Positions 14,882-23,861 of a stretch of 29,907 nucleotides of DNA are shown in pieces. Location of the stretch: IMG/VR virus record IMGVR_UViG_3300006169_000025, positions 1-29,907 of that record; one strand, 5' to 3'. Source of the DNA: a virus. Lineage: Duplodnaviria > Caudoviricetes. The notes under the pieces are model-generated. The model did not search any database. It worked only from the letters and a program-made list of their open reading frames with translations, and was not told the DNA's origin. Position numbers and translations under genes: made by a program. Each line of letters begins with the position of its first letter. The first letter of the stretch is position 1.

Positions 14882-15577
14882 TCACGCCCGCGCCCGGAGC
14901 GACACCGGCCGGTGCCCGTCGGACCCGTACTTGCCGAGCAACTTCCGCACCCGGACCCGGTCGGGGGCGGGGCCGTTGACGATCAGGAATCCGTCGATGT
15001 GACGGAGCCACACCCGGGCGCCGATCGCCTTCGCCAACCGCTGGATGGAGGCGGGGTGGCTGGGCATGTGGCCGGGGGGTGAGTTCCAATCGCCGCCGAT
15101 CACGACGCGGCGGCCGGGGTGGCGGGCGAGGGTCTGCCGGACCCACCCCACGAGCGCGGTGTGCTCGGCGGCCCACCCGGCGCGGTTCTTCGCGATGTTC
15201 GGGTTCGGGCCCTTGGGGATGCGGTGGACGGCGATCCACTCCTCGACGTGGTCGCCGAACTGGACGGTGGCGCGGACGAACGTCCGGGGGGTTCGGGCGT
15301 TGCCGTTCCACTCCCACTCGCCTCGGGGGACCTGGACGAACTGGTGGTCTCGGACGGTGCCGTCGTTGCGGACGAGGAGGGCCGAGGATCGCCGTTCGTC
15401 GCCTTCGCGGGCCTGGACGAGGGTGTAGCCGCGCGGGGCGCGGCGGAGCCGCTTCACTTCCTGGAGGAACACGCCGTGGGGCTTGCGGAGGAACACGACG
15501 AGGGCGAGGAGGTTCCGGGTGAGCCGTTCGGGGGTCTGTCCGACCCACGCGTTGAAGGTGACGTAGTGCATTCTCAC
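14882..15577 (-). CDS. Endonuclease/exonuclease/phosphatase (EEP) family protein (231 aa)
   Basis: VTFN, FLQEV, AVH, IGGDWN, HIDG, SDGHRPV match the EEP motif series. Confidence 0.8.
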   Translation of the reverse strand: MRMHYVTFNAWVGQTPERLTRNLLALVVFLRKPHGVFLQEVKRLRRAPRGYTLVQAREGDERRSSALLVRNDGTVRDHQFVQVPRGEWEWNGNARTPRTFVRATVQFGDHVEEWIAVHRIPKGPNPNIAKNRAGWAAEHTALVGWVRQTLARHPGRRVVIGGDWNSPPGHMPSHPASIQRLAKAIGARVWLRHIDGFLIVNGPAPDRVRVRKLLGKYGSDGHRPVSLRARA

Positions 15578-15879
15578 GGGGTCTCGACCTCCTGGACGTT
15601 GACGGGGGTCCCGTCGGGGGCGACGGCGGCGGGTCCGGCTACGACCTCGCCGGTCTTCGGGAGGGTGACGGCGGCGACGGCGTTTGTGGGGACGCTGGTG
15701 GCGCTGGTGTAGAACTGCCAGCCCGCCTGGAACGCGGCGACGAGGAGCGCGAACAGGCCGAACGCCTGGGCGCCGATCACGTCGCCGAGGGCGGCGCCGC
15801 CGTTGAGAATCTGGAGCCCGGCGAGGATCGCGCCCACGAGGACGTGGGTCCGGCTGGTGGGGGAAATGGTGGGGTTCAT
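15574..15879 (-). CDS. Putative holin (101 aa)
   Basis: Two hydrophobic helices; GGAAGGA Shine-Dalgarno; in lysis region. Confidence 0.6.
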   Translation of the reverse strand: MNPTISPTSRTHVLVGAILAGLQILNGGAALGDVIGAQAFGLFALLVAAFQAGWQFYTSATSVPTNAVAAVTLPKTGEVVAGPAAVAPDGTPVNVQEVETP

Positions 15880-15904
15880 CGTTCGGTCCTTCCGGTGGGT
15901 GGGA

Positions 15905-15945
15905 CCGCGGCCGCGTCGGGAGCCTGAATCACGACGCGGCCGCGG
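15905..15945. promoter_or_regulatory. 14-bp perfect inverted repeat upstream of the putative holin
   Basis: ccgcggccgcgtcg-N13-cgacgcggccgcgg in an intergenic gap. Confidence 0.55.
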
Positions 15946-15948
15946 CAT

Positions 15949-16509
15949 CTAGGGGACGCACGCCGAGGGCGGGTCCGGGTAGTGGTTGGCGGCCGTGGTG
16001 GCCGCGGAGGAGCGGCGGGCGGCGGCGAGGTCCCGGCGGGCGGCGTCGAATGCGGCGATTCGGTCGCGGAGGCGGTTGGGGTCGATGTTGCCGCCGCGCC
16101 GGAGGCCGCGGAGCACTTCGAGTAGGACGGCGTCGACGGCCTGTTCGCGGTCGGCCTGGGCGCGGGAGACCTTGCCGGAGGAGGTGATCCGCACGTCGAG
16201 GGCGTGGGAGAAGTCGGTCGCCCACGTGCCGAGGCACCGCAAGGTGCGGGCGCGTTCGTCGGACTGCTGGTCGGCCTCGCGCTGGGCGATGAGGGTCTGG
16301 GCGCCGAGGGCGACGATCACGACGGCGAGGACGATCATGATCGTGGGGGTGCCGGTGATCTTGCGGGCGGTTTCCTTCGTCATGACGGGCTCCTCTGCGG
16401 CCTCGGGGACTACGCGGCGGGCGATGGGGCGGACGAACACGAGCCAGGTCGCGACGGCGCCCGCGGCGCCCGCTGCTAGGTGGGTCAGGATCAGGAGCGG
16501 CCAGGGCAT
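15949..16509 (-). CDS. Membrane protein of the lysis region (186 aa)
   Basis: Two hydrophobic segments, helical C-terminal part with two Cys, PDPP tail. Confidence 0.65.
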   Translation of the reverse strand: MPWPLLILTHLAAGAAGAVATWLVFVRPIARRVVPEAAEEPVMTKETARKITGTPTIMIVLAVVIVALGAQTLIAQREADQQSDERARTLRCLGTWATDFSHALDVRITSSGKVSRAQADREQAVDAVLLEVLRGLRRGGNIDPNRLRDRIAAFDAARRDLAAARRSSAATTAANHYPDPPSACVP

Positions 16510-16512
16510 CGG

Positions 16513-16722
16513 CTACTCGCCTCCCTTGATGAACTTGTTGAGGCCGAACAGTCCGGCGACCATGCCGCCGAGGACGGTGGTGAGCCCGACGCCCTCGGTG
16601 CCGAGGACGACGACGGAGTAGACGAGGAGGCCGAGGACGACGAGCGCGGCGAGCGCGTTCATCCACGGCGGGAGCCCGGCGCCACCTCCGCCCTTCGTCG
16701 TGCTCGGCTGCTCCTCGGTCAC
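16513..16722 (-). CDS. Small two-TM membrane protein, holin-like (69 aa)
   Basis: Two hydrophobic helices directly after the endolysin. Confidence 0.6.
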   Translation of the reverse strand: MTEEQPSTTKGGGGAGLPPWMNALAALVVLGLLVYSVVVLGTEGVGLTTVLGGMVAGLFGLNKFIKGGE

Positions 16723-16723
16723 G

Positions 16724-17362
16724 TCACGCCTTCCACTTCGCGTAGCGGGTGCGCATGCGGCGGAGGTCGCGTTCGAGGGCCTTGACGAGGCGCGGGTGGT
16801 TGGCCTTGCGGTGGTGCCGGAGGGCCTTCTCCACGTCCTCGATCGCGGCGGCGTAGTTGTCGCCGAGGGTGGCGCGGCCGGGCGCGGGCTTGGGCTTCGC
16901 GCGGGAGGTCTTCCCGGCGGGCTGGTTGAACTCGGGGAGTTCGTAGCCGTTGAGCCAGGTCGCGCCGAACTGGAACCCGTCGCCCCACCGGGACCGGTAG
17001 AACGAGAGGGGGACGAGGTCCACGCCGCCGGAGTGGACGACGTCGTTGGACCACGTCAGGCAGTCGGCGGGGTCGGTGCGGTCGCTGCCTTCCTTCCATC
17101 CGGCGATGAAGTAGATGTGCCCGTACGGGTTGCCGTCGTTGGGGTCGTCGGAGTAGGCGATCATCCCGCGGCGGAGGTCGGCGACCTTGTAGACCCGGTG
17201 CTTCTCCGGCGTGGCCTTGGCGGCGGTGAGCGCGGAGGGGTAGACGGCGGGGAGGCCGCGGGCCTGCCGCTGGAGGGACAGGCACATGGCGCGCCAGGAC
17301 CGGGACCCGGTCTGGTGCTGCCGGATGAGGAACTGCGCGGCGGTGTCGGTGGTGGCGACCAT
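16724..17362 (-). CDS. Putative endolysin, CHAP/NlpC-P60-like Cys-His peptidase (212 aa)
   Basis: MCLSLQR (Cys), YPSA, YGHIYF (His), WSND; between tail genes and membrane proteins. Confidence 0.65.
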   Translation of the reverse strand: MVATTDTAAQFLIRQHQTGSRSWRAMCLSLQRQARGLPAVYPSALTAAKATPEKHRVYKVADLRRGMIAYSDDPNDGNPYGHIYFIAGWKEGSDRTDPADCLTWSNDVVHSGGVDLVPLSFYRSRWGDGFQFGATWLNGYELPEFNQPAGKTSRAKPKPAPGRATLGDNYAAAIEDVEKALRHHRKANHPRLVKALERDLRRMRTRYAKWKA

Positions 17363-17365
17363 GGG

Positions 17366-17503
17366 TCACTCCTCCTCGTCGGTGAAGGCGTCGTCCTGGA
17401 CGCCGTCGAACTCGGGGTCGGTGTAGGGGTTGGGGGCGTCGGCGGTGGGCTCGACGGCGTCGGCCTCGTCGGCCGGGATGGTGTCGGGCTGCTGCTCGGT
17501 CAT
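17366..17503 (-). CDS. Tiny acidic protein (45 aa)
   Basis: MTEQQPDTIPADEAD...FTDEEE*; GAAGGGA Shine-Dalgarno; fills the gap before the endolysin. Confidence 0.6.
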   Translation of the reverse strand: MTEQQPDTIPADEADAVEPTADAPNPYTDPEFDGVQDDAFTDEEE

Positions 17504-17529
17504 GGGGCTTCCCTTCTCGTGGTGGTGGG

Positions 17530-18093
17530 TCAGAACGTCGCCCGGATGATGTAGTTCAGGGCGCGGTAGGGGTTCTGCACGTTGACCGGGGTGGAGGTGC
17601 CGGGGCCGTTGCCGCTGTTGCCGTTGTGGGCGATCACGGTGTTTCCGGCGTCCGAGGTGCCGTTGTCGGTGGCTCGGGGGGCGTAGGCGGGGCGCGCGCC
17701 GGTGCCGTCGGCGACGCGGTTGGCGTGGTTGTGGTTGATGGTGTGCGCGTGCGGGGGAAGGTTCTCGGGCAGGAGGACGCGGGTGGCCGCGCCGCCCGCC
17801 GAGCCGAGGGCCTTGCTCGCCGCGGCGCCCACGGGCACCCGGTCGCGCATGTCCGGGGTGTTGGGCCCAATGAGGTTGATCAGGGCCACGTACTGCGCGG
17901 GGATCGCGGCGCCGTCGCACAGGAGCCAGTGCGTGGGGATCGCGGCGGCGGGCCAGAGCACCATTTCGCCGATCAGGCGGCCGCTTCGCTGGATCGCGTC
18001 GTCGGTCGTGGTGGCGAGGTCTTGGAGGTGTTCCCACAGGCGGGTGTGGCCGCTGCTGTCGGGGTAGATGATTCCTCGGGCGGTGGTGGGCAT
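17530..18093 (-). CDS. Tail fibre protein with tail-collar domain (187 aa)
   Basis: IGEMVLW...PTHWLLCDG...PDMRDRVPVGA...NLPPHAH...QNPYRALNYII. Confidence 0.8.
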   Translation of the reverse strand: MPTTARGIIYPDSSGHTRLWEHLQDLATTTDDAIQRSGRLIGEMVLWPAAAIPTHWLLCDGAAIPAQYVALINLIGPNTPDMRDRVPVGAAASKALGSAGGAATRVLLPENLPPHAHTINHNHANRVADGTGARPAYAPRATDNGTSDAGNTVIAHNGNSGNGPGTSTPVNVQNPYRALNYIIRATF

Positions 18094-18095
18094 GG

Positions 18096-18860
18096 TTAGG
18101 CCGCCTTTCGGTAGCGGATCGTGAGTTCCATGGACGCGGCCCACGCGGCTCGGCCGTCGAGCCGGAGGTAGGGGTCTGCCGCCTCGACGCCGACACCGAT
18201 CCCGCCGACGGTGCCGGACAGGAGCGCGACCACCCATCCGACGGGGAGTGCCACGGTTGCGGCCTCGCCCGGCTTCAACGCCGGTCCGGCGATCTGGAGG
18301 GAGTAGGCGGGCTGGGCGTTGGGCCTGGTCTTCTCGGTCAGGGCGCGGAGCGTCGGCGTTCGCGCGGCGTTGGGTCCAGTGCCGTACGCGCGGCGGATTC
18401 GGAGCGACCCGGACACGGCGGTCCCGGCGAGCCCGGACGGGCCGTTGCCGTAGTACGCGGCGCCGTAGTTGCGGGAGCCGCCGCCCGTGGCGCCCTGGTA
18501 GAGGTCGTCGGTGGTGCCGAGCCAGCCGCCGCGCCAGGTGCCGGTGAACGTGGGCCGGAACGTCTGGGCGTGCTCGGAGGGCGCCGGGGGCGGCTGGTCC
18601 TCGGGCTGGGGCGCGGGCTGGGCGACGGGGGCGGCGTTGAGGGCGCCGAGGCAGTAGAACCGGCCGCCGTGGCGGAGGACGATCACGACGTCGTCGGGCG
18701 TCGGCGAGGTGTAGGAGCGGACCTTGGGCACGGTGGCGGTGGTGCCGTCGGCGAACTTGACGGTGACGGCCGCCGAGGTCGAGGCGGTGACCCACCCGAG
18801 GAGGATGGGGGCGGGGGTGCGGGCGTCGCGCTGGGCGAGCGCGGAGGCTAGGTCGATCAC
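18096..18860 (-). CDS. Minor tail protein (254 aa)
   Basis: Synteny; N-terminal OB-like segment and beta-rich C-terminal domain. Confidence 0.7.
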   Translation of the reverse strand: MIDLASALAQRDARTPAPILLGWVTASTSAAVTVKFADGTTATVPKVRSYTSPTPDDVVIVLRHGGRFYCLGALNAAPVAQPAPQPEDQPPPAPSEHAQTFRPTFTGTWRGGWLGTTDDLYQGATGGGSRNYGAAYYGNGPSGLAGTAVSGSLRIRRAYGTGPNAARTPTLRALTEKTRPNAQPAYSLQIAGPALKPGEAATVALPVGWVVALLSGTVGGIGVGVEAADPYLRLDGRAAWAASMELTIRYRKAA

Positions 18861-19948
18861 CGGACCACCTCGTGGCCGCGGATCGTCATGGTTCCGCCCT
18901 CGGCCGTGAGTGGGAGCGCGGTGGCGTCGATTCGGACCGTGCGGGTCCGGTTGCGCTGCCGGAGGCCGATCAGGTCACCGGTCTGGAGCCGCGGGTCCGG
19001 TGCGGCTTCAATCTCGACGGCGTCGGCGACGTGCTGGAGGGACGCGAGGCGGGTCCGTGCGGCGGCGCGGGCCTCGGCGACCGTGGTCAACAGGGGCGAG
19101 GAGTAGAAGTACGGGACGTTGCCGTGGGGACCGTTCCACCGGCGGGGGCCCTCGCGGACGTACTCGACGGCGGAGACGGGGGCGACGTCGCCGTCGGCTT
19201 CGCCGGACGCCTTGACCGCGTTGTAGAGCCCGTCGCGGGACCCGGCCCGGGGGGCCTGGACGACGGTGCCGTTCTCGCCGTCGGTGAGGGTCGCGACGAT
19301 CGGGTCGGTGTCGTCGTTGTGCGGTGGGGCGACGACGAGGGTCCCGGAGTCGTCCACGAACACGCGGGCGGGCCACGCGGTGACGAGGTCGCGGAGGGTC
19401 GCGAGGCGGTCGTCCTCGTACGCGCGGCCGCCGGTCGGGGTGCGGTTGGGTGCGGTCACCGTCAGGGGCAGGAGTCCGCCGACGAGGAACCGGGCGGCGT
19501 CGGGGAACGTGGTCCCCGCGGGGATGGTGCCGGGGTCGAGGAACCGGGCCTCCTGCACGACGGCTTCGAGGCTGGTCGCGGTGACCTCGATAACGCCGTC
19601 GCCCGCGGCCCACTCCTGGACGCGGTACCACCCGAGGCCGACGGCCTCGCGGCTGCGGCCGGTGCTCACGGTGTAGGTCACGGCGAGCCGGGTCCCCTCG
19701 GCGGCCAGGGGCGCGTCGGCGGTGGTGGGGAGGAGGTCCCACTGCTTGCCGTCGCGGTCGGTGACGTGGCGCGGCACCGACGCGGAGAGGACGCCGGGGA
19801 CCTCCTGGTCGGTGTCGGTTTCGAGGGCCCCGTCGGTGATGGGGACTTCGTCCATGACGGGGACGCCGTCGTAGTACGCGGAGAGGTAGGAGGCCACCGA
19901 TCGGGAGCCGGTGAGCATCCCTGCGAGGGTGTCGGAGACGGCGCGCAT
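18857..19948 (-). CDS. Minor tail / hub-type protein (363 aa)
   Basis: MRAVSD...GLGWYRV...SRDGLYNAV...FYSSPLLTT...PDPRLQTGDLI typical of actinophage tail-tip proteins. Confidence 0.75.
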   Translation of the reverse strand: MRAVSDTLAGMLTGSRSVASYLSAYYDGVPVMDEVPITDGALETDTDQEVPGVLSASVPRHVTDRDGKQWDLLPTTADAPLAAEGTRLAVTYTVSTGRSREAVGLGWYRVQEWAAGDGVIEVTATSLEAVVQEARFLDPGTIPAGTTFPDAARFLVGGLLPLTVTAPNRTPTGGRAYEDDRLATLRDLVTAWPARVFVDDSGTLVVAPPHNDDTDPIVATLTDGENGTVVQAPRAGSRDGLYNAVKASGEADGDVAPVSAVEYVREGPRRWNGPHGNVPYFYSSPLLTTVAEARAAARTRLASLQHVADAVEIEAAPDPRLQTGDLIGLRQRNRTRTVRIDATALPLTAEGGTMTIRGHEVVR

Positions 19949-19950
19949 GG

Positions 19951-21396
19951 TCAGGCCGCCCCGGTGAGCGGGGTCTGGGCGATGGTGAGGAGGGTCGCGC
20001 CGGGGCCGAACGTGGTCGAGAGGTCGGCCAGGGTGGTCGGCGCGTAGGTGTTGAGGTCGGCGAGGGTGTCGGAGACGGCCGCGATGGTGGGGGCGGGCTG
20101 CTCGACGGCCTGGACGGCCATGGTCACGCGGCGGCGCCAGTCCTGCCCGGCGGGCCTGGGGTCGCTGGAGCGGCCGGAGGGCTTGACGCGGGCCTCGACC
20201 ACGTCGCCGACGGCGATGTAGTCGGGCTCGACGGCGTCGCAGACGGGGCGGACCTGGAGTACGTCGCCGGAGGCGAGGAGTTCGCGGAGAGCCAGCAACT
20301 CGTCGCGGGTGCGGGTGAGGACGGTGAGTTCGCTGGTGGCCGCGAGCCGTACGTCGGAGACGACGATCGGGGTGGGGCGGCCTGCGACCGGGACGACGGT
20401 CTGCCGGGCGGCGTATTCGTACTCGGGCCACTCGGCGATGGTGACGGCCACGCCCTGCCCGGTGATCGGGTGACTAATCCACGGCAGGCCAGCGGTCAGG
20501 AACACGGGGCCGACGGTGGTCTCGGTGACGGTGCCGTCAGGGTGGTAGCGGGTGAGGACGTAGGAGACCTCCACACCGAACGGGGCGCCGAGGTCCCACA
20601 CGACGGTGGCGGCGCTGGTGGGGGTGACGTTGAGGTAGCCGCGGACGGGGGTCCTCTCGCCCTCGACCTCGCGCCACAGGGTGACGGTGGTCCCGTCGAG
20701 GGGGAGCCGCTGGAGGGTGATCTGCACGCGCGGCGGTTCGGTGTCCTGGACCTCGGCGACGAGCCGCGGAACGTAGTCGCGGGTCGAGGTGGAGGCGTGG
20801 GGGGTGCCGGTCCACTCGTGGACGTACTGGTCGTCGTCGGGGGTGTCGCCGTCGAAATAGGGCGGGAGGGTGTCGCCCTCCACGAGCATGTGGGCGTCGA
20901 ACCGGAGCGACCCCGATCCCGCCGCCAACCATGCGGTGCCGTCGTCGCTGGTGTCGCGATACCAGTTGAGGCAGACGTAGGCGGTGCCCGGCGGGGTGAC
21001 GGCGCCGAGGATTCGGCCTTCGTTGTACCCGCCCGTGGTGGGCACGACGGCGGAGGCGAACGACATGAGGAACGCGCCGCTGGCGTTGAACGCCTGGAGG
21101 AGGAACCGCACCGACGTCGGAGGGTTGCTGTTGGTCCGGCGTGTCCGGCCCATCGCGGACACCGTGCGGCCTTCGCCCACGGGCATCCCTTGGACGCCCG
21201 TAGGGGACCTGAGCAATCCGCCCCCCGTGCCACCCGGCGGGGTCGTGGTCCCGTTGAGCGCGATATCTGCGGCGTAGCCGCCTGCGCGGCCCGTGGCGGT
21301 CTCGGCGACCCGTGCCAGAGTCGTGCCCCCGAATGCCGACGTCCAGCCGTTGGTGTTGACCTCAAACGAGGGGTTCGTGACGAGGTTCGTGGGCAT
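19951..21396 (-). CDS. Distal-tail-position protein with N-terminal carbohydrate-binding-like domain (481 aa)
   Basis: NLVTNPSFE...YFDGDT...WTGTPHASTS; directly after the tape measure gene. Confidence 0.7.
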   Translation of the reverse strand: MPTNLVTNPSFEVNTNGWTSAFGGTTLARVAETATGRAGGYAADIALNGTTTPPGGTGGGLLRSPTGVQGMPVGEGRTVSAMGRTRRTNSNPPTSVRFLLQAFNASGAFLMSFASAVVPTTGGYNEGRILGAVTPPGTAYVCLNWYRDTSDDGTAWLAAGSGSLRFDAHMLVEGDTLPPYFDGDTPDDDQYVHEWTGTPHASTSTRDYVPRLVAEVQDTEPPRVQITLQRLPLDGTTVTLWREVEGERTPVRGYLNVTPTSAATVVWDLGAPFGVEVSYVLTRYHPDGTVTETTVGPVFLTAGLPWISHPITGQGVAVTIAEWPEYEYAARQTVVPVAGRPTPIVVSDVRLAATSELTVLTRTRDELLALRELLASGDVLQVRPVCDAVEPDYIAVGDVVEARVKPSGRSSDPRPAGQDWRRRVTMAVQAVEQPAPTIAAVSDTLADLNTYAPTTLADLSTTFGPGATLLTIAQTPLTGAA

Positions 21397-21397
21397 G

Positions 21398-23368
21398 TCA
21401 GGCGACCCCCCGCGTCACGATCCGGCGAGCCTGCCGCCCGACCGCGCGGTCCACCTTGCGGTCGATCAACTTCCCGTCGAGGTAGACCTCCACGACCGTC
21501 GTCCCGCCCCCGCCGAGGTCGTACTTGTTGAGGGGGATGATCGCCTCGCGGCCGCCGGGGTTGTCACCGACCACGGCCAGCGTCGGGCCGGTGACGATGC
21601 CACCCGACGCGAGGTACGGGATATCGGGCGGGTTCACGTGCACCGACGGGAGCGGGCCCGGGCCGGGGATCGTGAACGTCAGGGCGGCGTTGATACGACC
21701 GATCGCGGAGTTGAGCATCCCCCGCACGGCCTGCCACACGTTGCCCGCGATATCGGAGGCCAGCGACCCCGAACTGCGGAGGCCGTTGATCAGGGCGTTG
21801 ATGATGGACCGCCCGGCCGAGGCGAACGCCCCGCCGAGAGAGGTGATCTTGCCCGGGATCGCGCGGACCGCGGACACGACGGAGTCGAGCGGGGACAGGA
21901 CTAGAGACTTCACGCCCTGGAACGCCGAGCGGGTCACCGACTTGATAGCCGACCACGCGGACACGATCGCCGAGCGGAGGTTCCCCACGATGGAGCGGAC
22001 GCCGTCGCGGGCGGACTTGATGGGGTTCACGATCGCGACCCGGATCACGGCGAACGCGGCCCGGGTGACGGTGCGGAGCGCGTTCCACGCCGTGGTGAAC
22101 ATGGCCCGGTAGACCTTCAGGATCGTCTTGAAGTAGGCCGCAATCCCCTTGAAGACGGCGACGATCAGGGTCCGGATAGGCGGGATCACCTTCGCGACCA
22201 CGTTCTTGACGGCGGTGAATCCGGCGGTGACGACGGCCCGGAACGTGGAGGACTTGCGCCACGCGATCGCCAGGGCCACGCCGAGGAGCGTGAGCGCGGT
22301 AATCAGGATGCCGATGGGGTTCGCTCGCATGGCGGCGTTGAGGAGCCACTGCGCGGCCGCCCACGCGCGGGAGGCGACGGCGGCCGCCTTCTGCGCGGCG
22401 GCGCTCGCAAGGGTCGCGATCCGCTGCCGGATGGTCTGCCCCTCCTGCACCCGGAGAACGGCGGTCAGGGCGGCGGTGCTCGCGGCGTAGGCGGCGATCG
22501 CGCCGTTGACGGCGAACACGGTCACCACGAGCCCGGCGAGGACCGCGAGGAGCGGGATCACCACCGCGCGGTTCTTCGAGACCCACTGCGCGAGTTGTGC
22601 GAACTTCGTCGCCGCGGCCGCGACGGCCGGGAGGAGGGTCGCGCCGAGCGAGGCGGCCGCGTCCTTCATCGCGGCCTCGGCGCGCTGCTGGGCACCCGCG
22701 GCGGTGTTGGCCTCCCGGGCGAACTGCCCCTGGACCTTGGCGGTCTGGGCGTAAATCTCGTCTAGGACGATCTGGGCCTTGGCGTTCTTCAGCGCCGCGC
22801 CGGTCAACTTGTCCTGCCCCCGCTTCGCGAGTTCGGCGTTGACCGCGGTCATGTTGAGCGATACGGCGTACTTCTCCAGCGGGTCGAACTCGCCCCGGGA
22901 GACGGCGGCGTTGATCGCGTCCATGGCGTCGGCCGCGGTGCCGCCGAACGTCGCGGCCAGGTCGGCCGACCGGGTGAACGCCTTGTCCGTCATGCCTGCG
23001 GCCTGCGACGCCTTGAACCCGGCGTTCTGGAGCGCGGAGCCCATGAGGGCCGCGGAGTTCAGGTACTCCGACTTCGCCACCCCGAGGCGTGACGCTGACG
23101 TCGAGGCGTACTTCTCCACCGCGGCCGAGGACCGGCCGAACACGGACTCGACGGCGCCTTGGGCCTGCTGGAGGTCGGAGGCGGCGGTGGCGGCGTACTT
23201 CCCGACGCCGACGAGCGCGGCACCGACCGCGGCCGCCGGGACCATCGCCCGCTTGGCCGCCGACTGGAACCGGGACATGCGGGACGCGACGGCGTCGAGG
23301 TCACGCTGGGCGCGGGAGGCGTCCGAGGTGACCCGGATCAGAATGTCGGTAGCGGCCACGCCGGTCAT
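21398..23368 (-). CDS. Tape measure protein (about 656 aa)
   Basis: Long Ala-rich helical ORF with AQWLLNAAMRANPIG and LASGGIVTGPT; follows the chaperone genes. Confidence 0.9.
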   Translation of the reverse strand: MTGVAATDILIRVTSDASRAQRDLDAVASRMSRFQSAAKRAMVPAAAVGAALVGVGKYAATAASDLQQAQGAVESVFGRSSAAVEKYASTSASRLGVAKSEYLNSAALMGSALQNAGFKASQAAGMTDKAFTRSADLAATFGGTAADAMDAINAAVSRGEFDPLEKYAVSLNMTAVNAELAKRGQDKLTGAALKNAKAQIVLDEIYAQTAKVQGQFAREANTAAGAQQRAEAAMKDAAASLGATLLPAVAAAATKFAQLAQWVSKNRAVVIPLLAVLAGLVVTVFAVNGAIAAYAASTAALTAVLRVQEGQTIRQRIATLASAAAQKAAAVASRAWAAAQWLLNAAMRANPIGILITALTLLGVALAIAWRKSSTFRAVVTAGFTAVKNVVAKVIPPIRTLIVAVFKGIAAYFKTILKVYRAMFTTAWNALRTVTRAAFAVIRVAIVNPIKSARDGVRSIVGNLRSAIVSAWSAIKSVTRSAFQGVKSLVLSPLDSVVSAVRAIPGKITSLGGAFASAGRSIINALINGLRSSGSLASDIAGNVWQAVRGMLNSAIGRINAALTFTIPGPGPLPSVHVNPPDIPYLASGGIVTGPTLAVVGDNPGGREAIIPLNKYDLGGGGTTVVEVYLDGKLIDRKVDRAVGRQARRIVTRGVA

Positions 23369-23574
23369 TCCTCCCTTCGGTTCCTGGTCGGCGGTTCGGT
23401 CACGTACTCCGCGTCGTCGGTGGCCTCCTCGTAGGCGTCGGCCTGCGCCTGGACGACGTCGAGGAGGGTCGCGATCAACTCGTCGTCGGCGTCGGCGAGT
23501 TCTCGGAAGGGGCGTCGTCCGATCCATGCGAGTTCGGCGACGAGCCGGGATCGGCTTCCGGGCGGGTAGGGTCC
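23365..23574 (-). CDS. Probable -1 frameshift extension of the tail assembly chaperone
   Basis: Overlapping -1 frame PYPPGSRSRLVAELAW...DDELIATLLDVV...REE* ends at the tape measure start. Confidence 0.65.
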   Translation of the reverse strand, partial: GPYPPGSRSRLVAELAWIGRRPFRELADADDELIATLLDVVQAQADAYEEATDDAEYVTEPPTRNRREE

Positions 23575-23858
23575 ACGTCCTCCTCCTCCACCGTCACGTC
23601 GAGGCAGTCGGTGGCCTCGAACCGCTCCCACGGGCCGTCGTACTGCCCGGTCCGGCGGAGCGCGGCCCACGCCTCGAACGTCTGGCGACGGGTGGCGTCG
23701 TTGAGGGTGGCGACGCCGTCGGTCACCGTCATGCCGGGCCACCCGTTGCGGTGCGCGGTCTGCTCGTAGCGGATCGTGTCGGGGTTGAGGATTCGCACCT
23801 CTAGCACCCGCCCGTCGGCGAGTTCGACGGCGGCGTTGCGGCGCTTGATCTTCGGCAT
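23475..23858 (-). CDS. Tail assembly chaperone (127 aa)
   Basis: Position between tail genes and tape measure; acidic EEEDVDPT motif. Confidence 0.75.
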   Translation of the reverse strand: MPKIKRRNAAVELADGRVLEVRILNPDTIRYEQTAHRNGWPGMTVTDGVATLNDATRRQTFEAWAALRRTGQYDGPWERFEATDCLDVTVEEEDVDPTRPEADPGSSPNSHGSDDAPSENSPTPTTS

Positions 23859-23861
23859 GGG

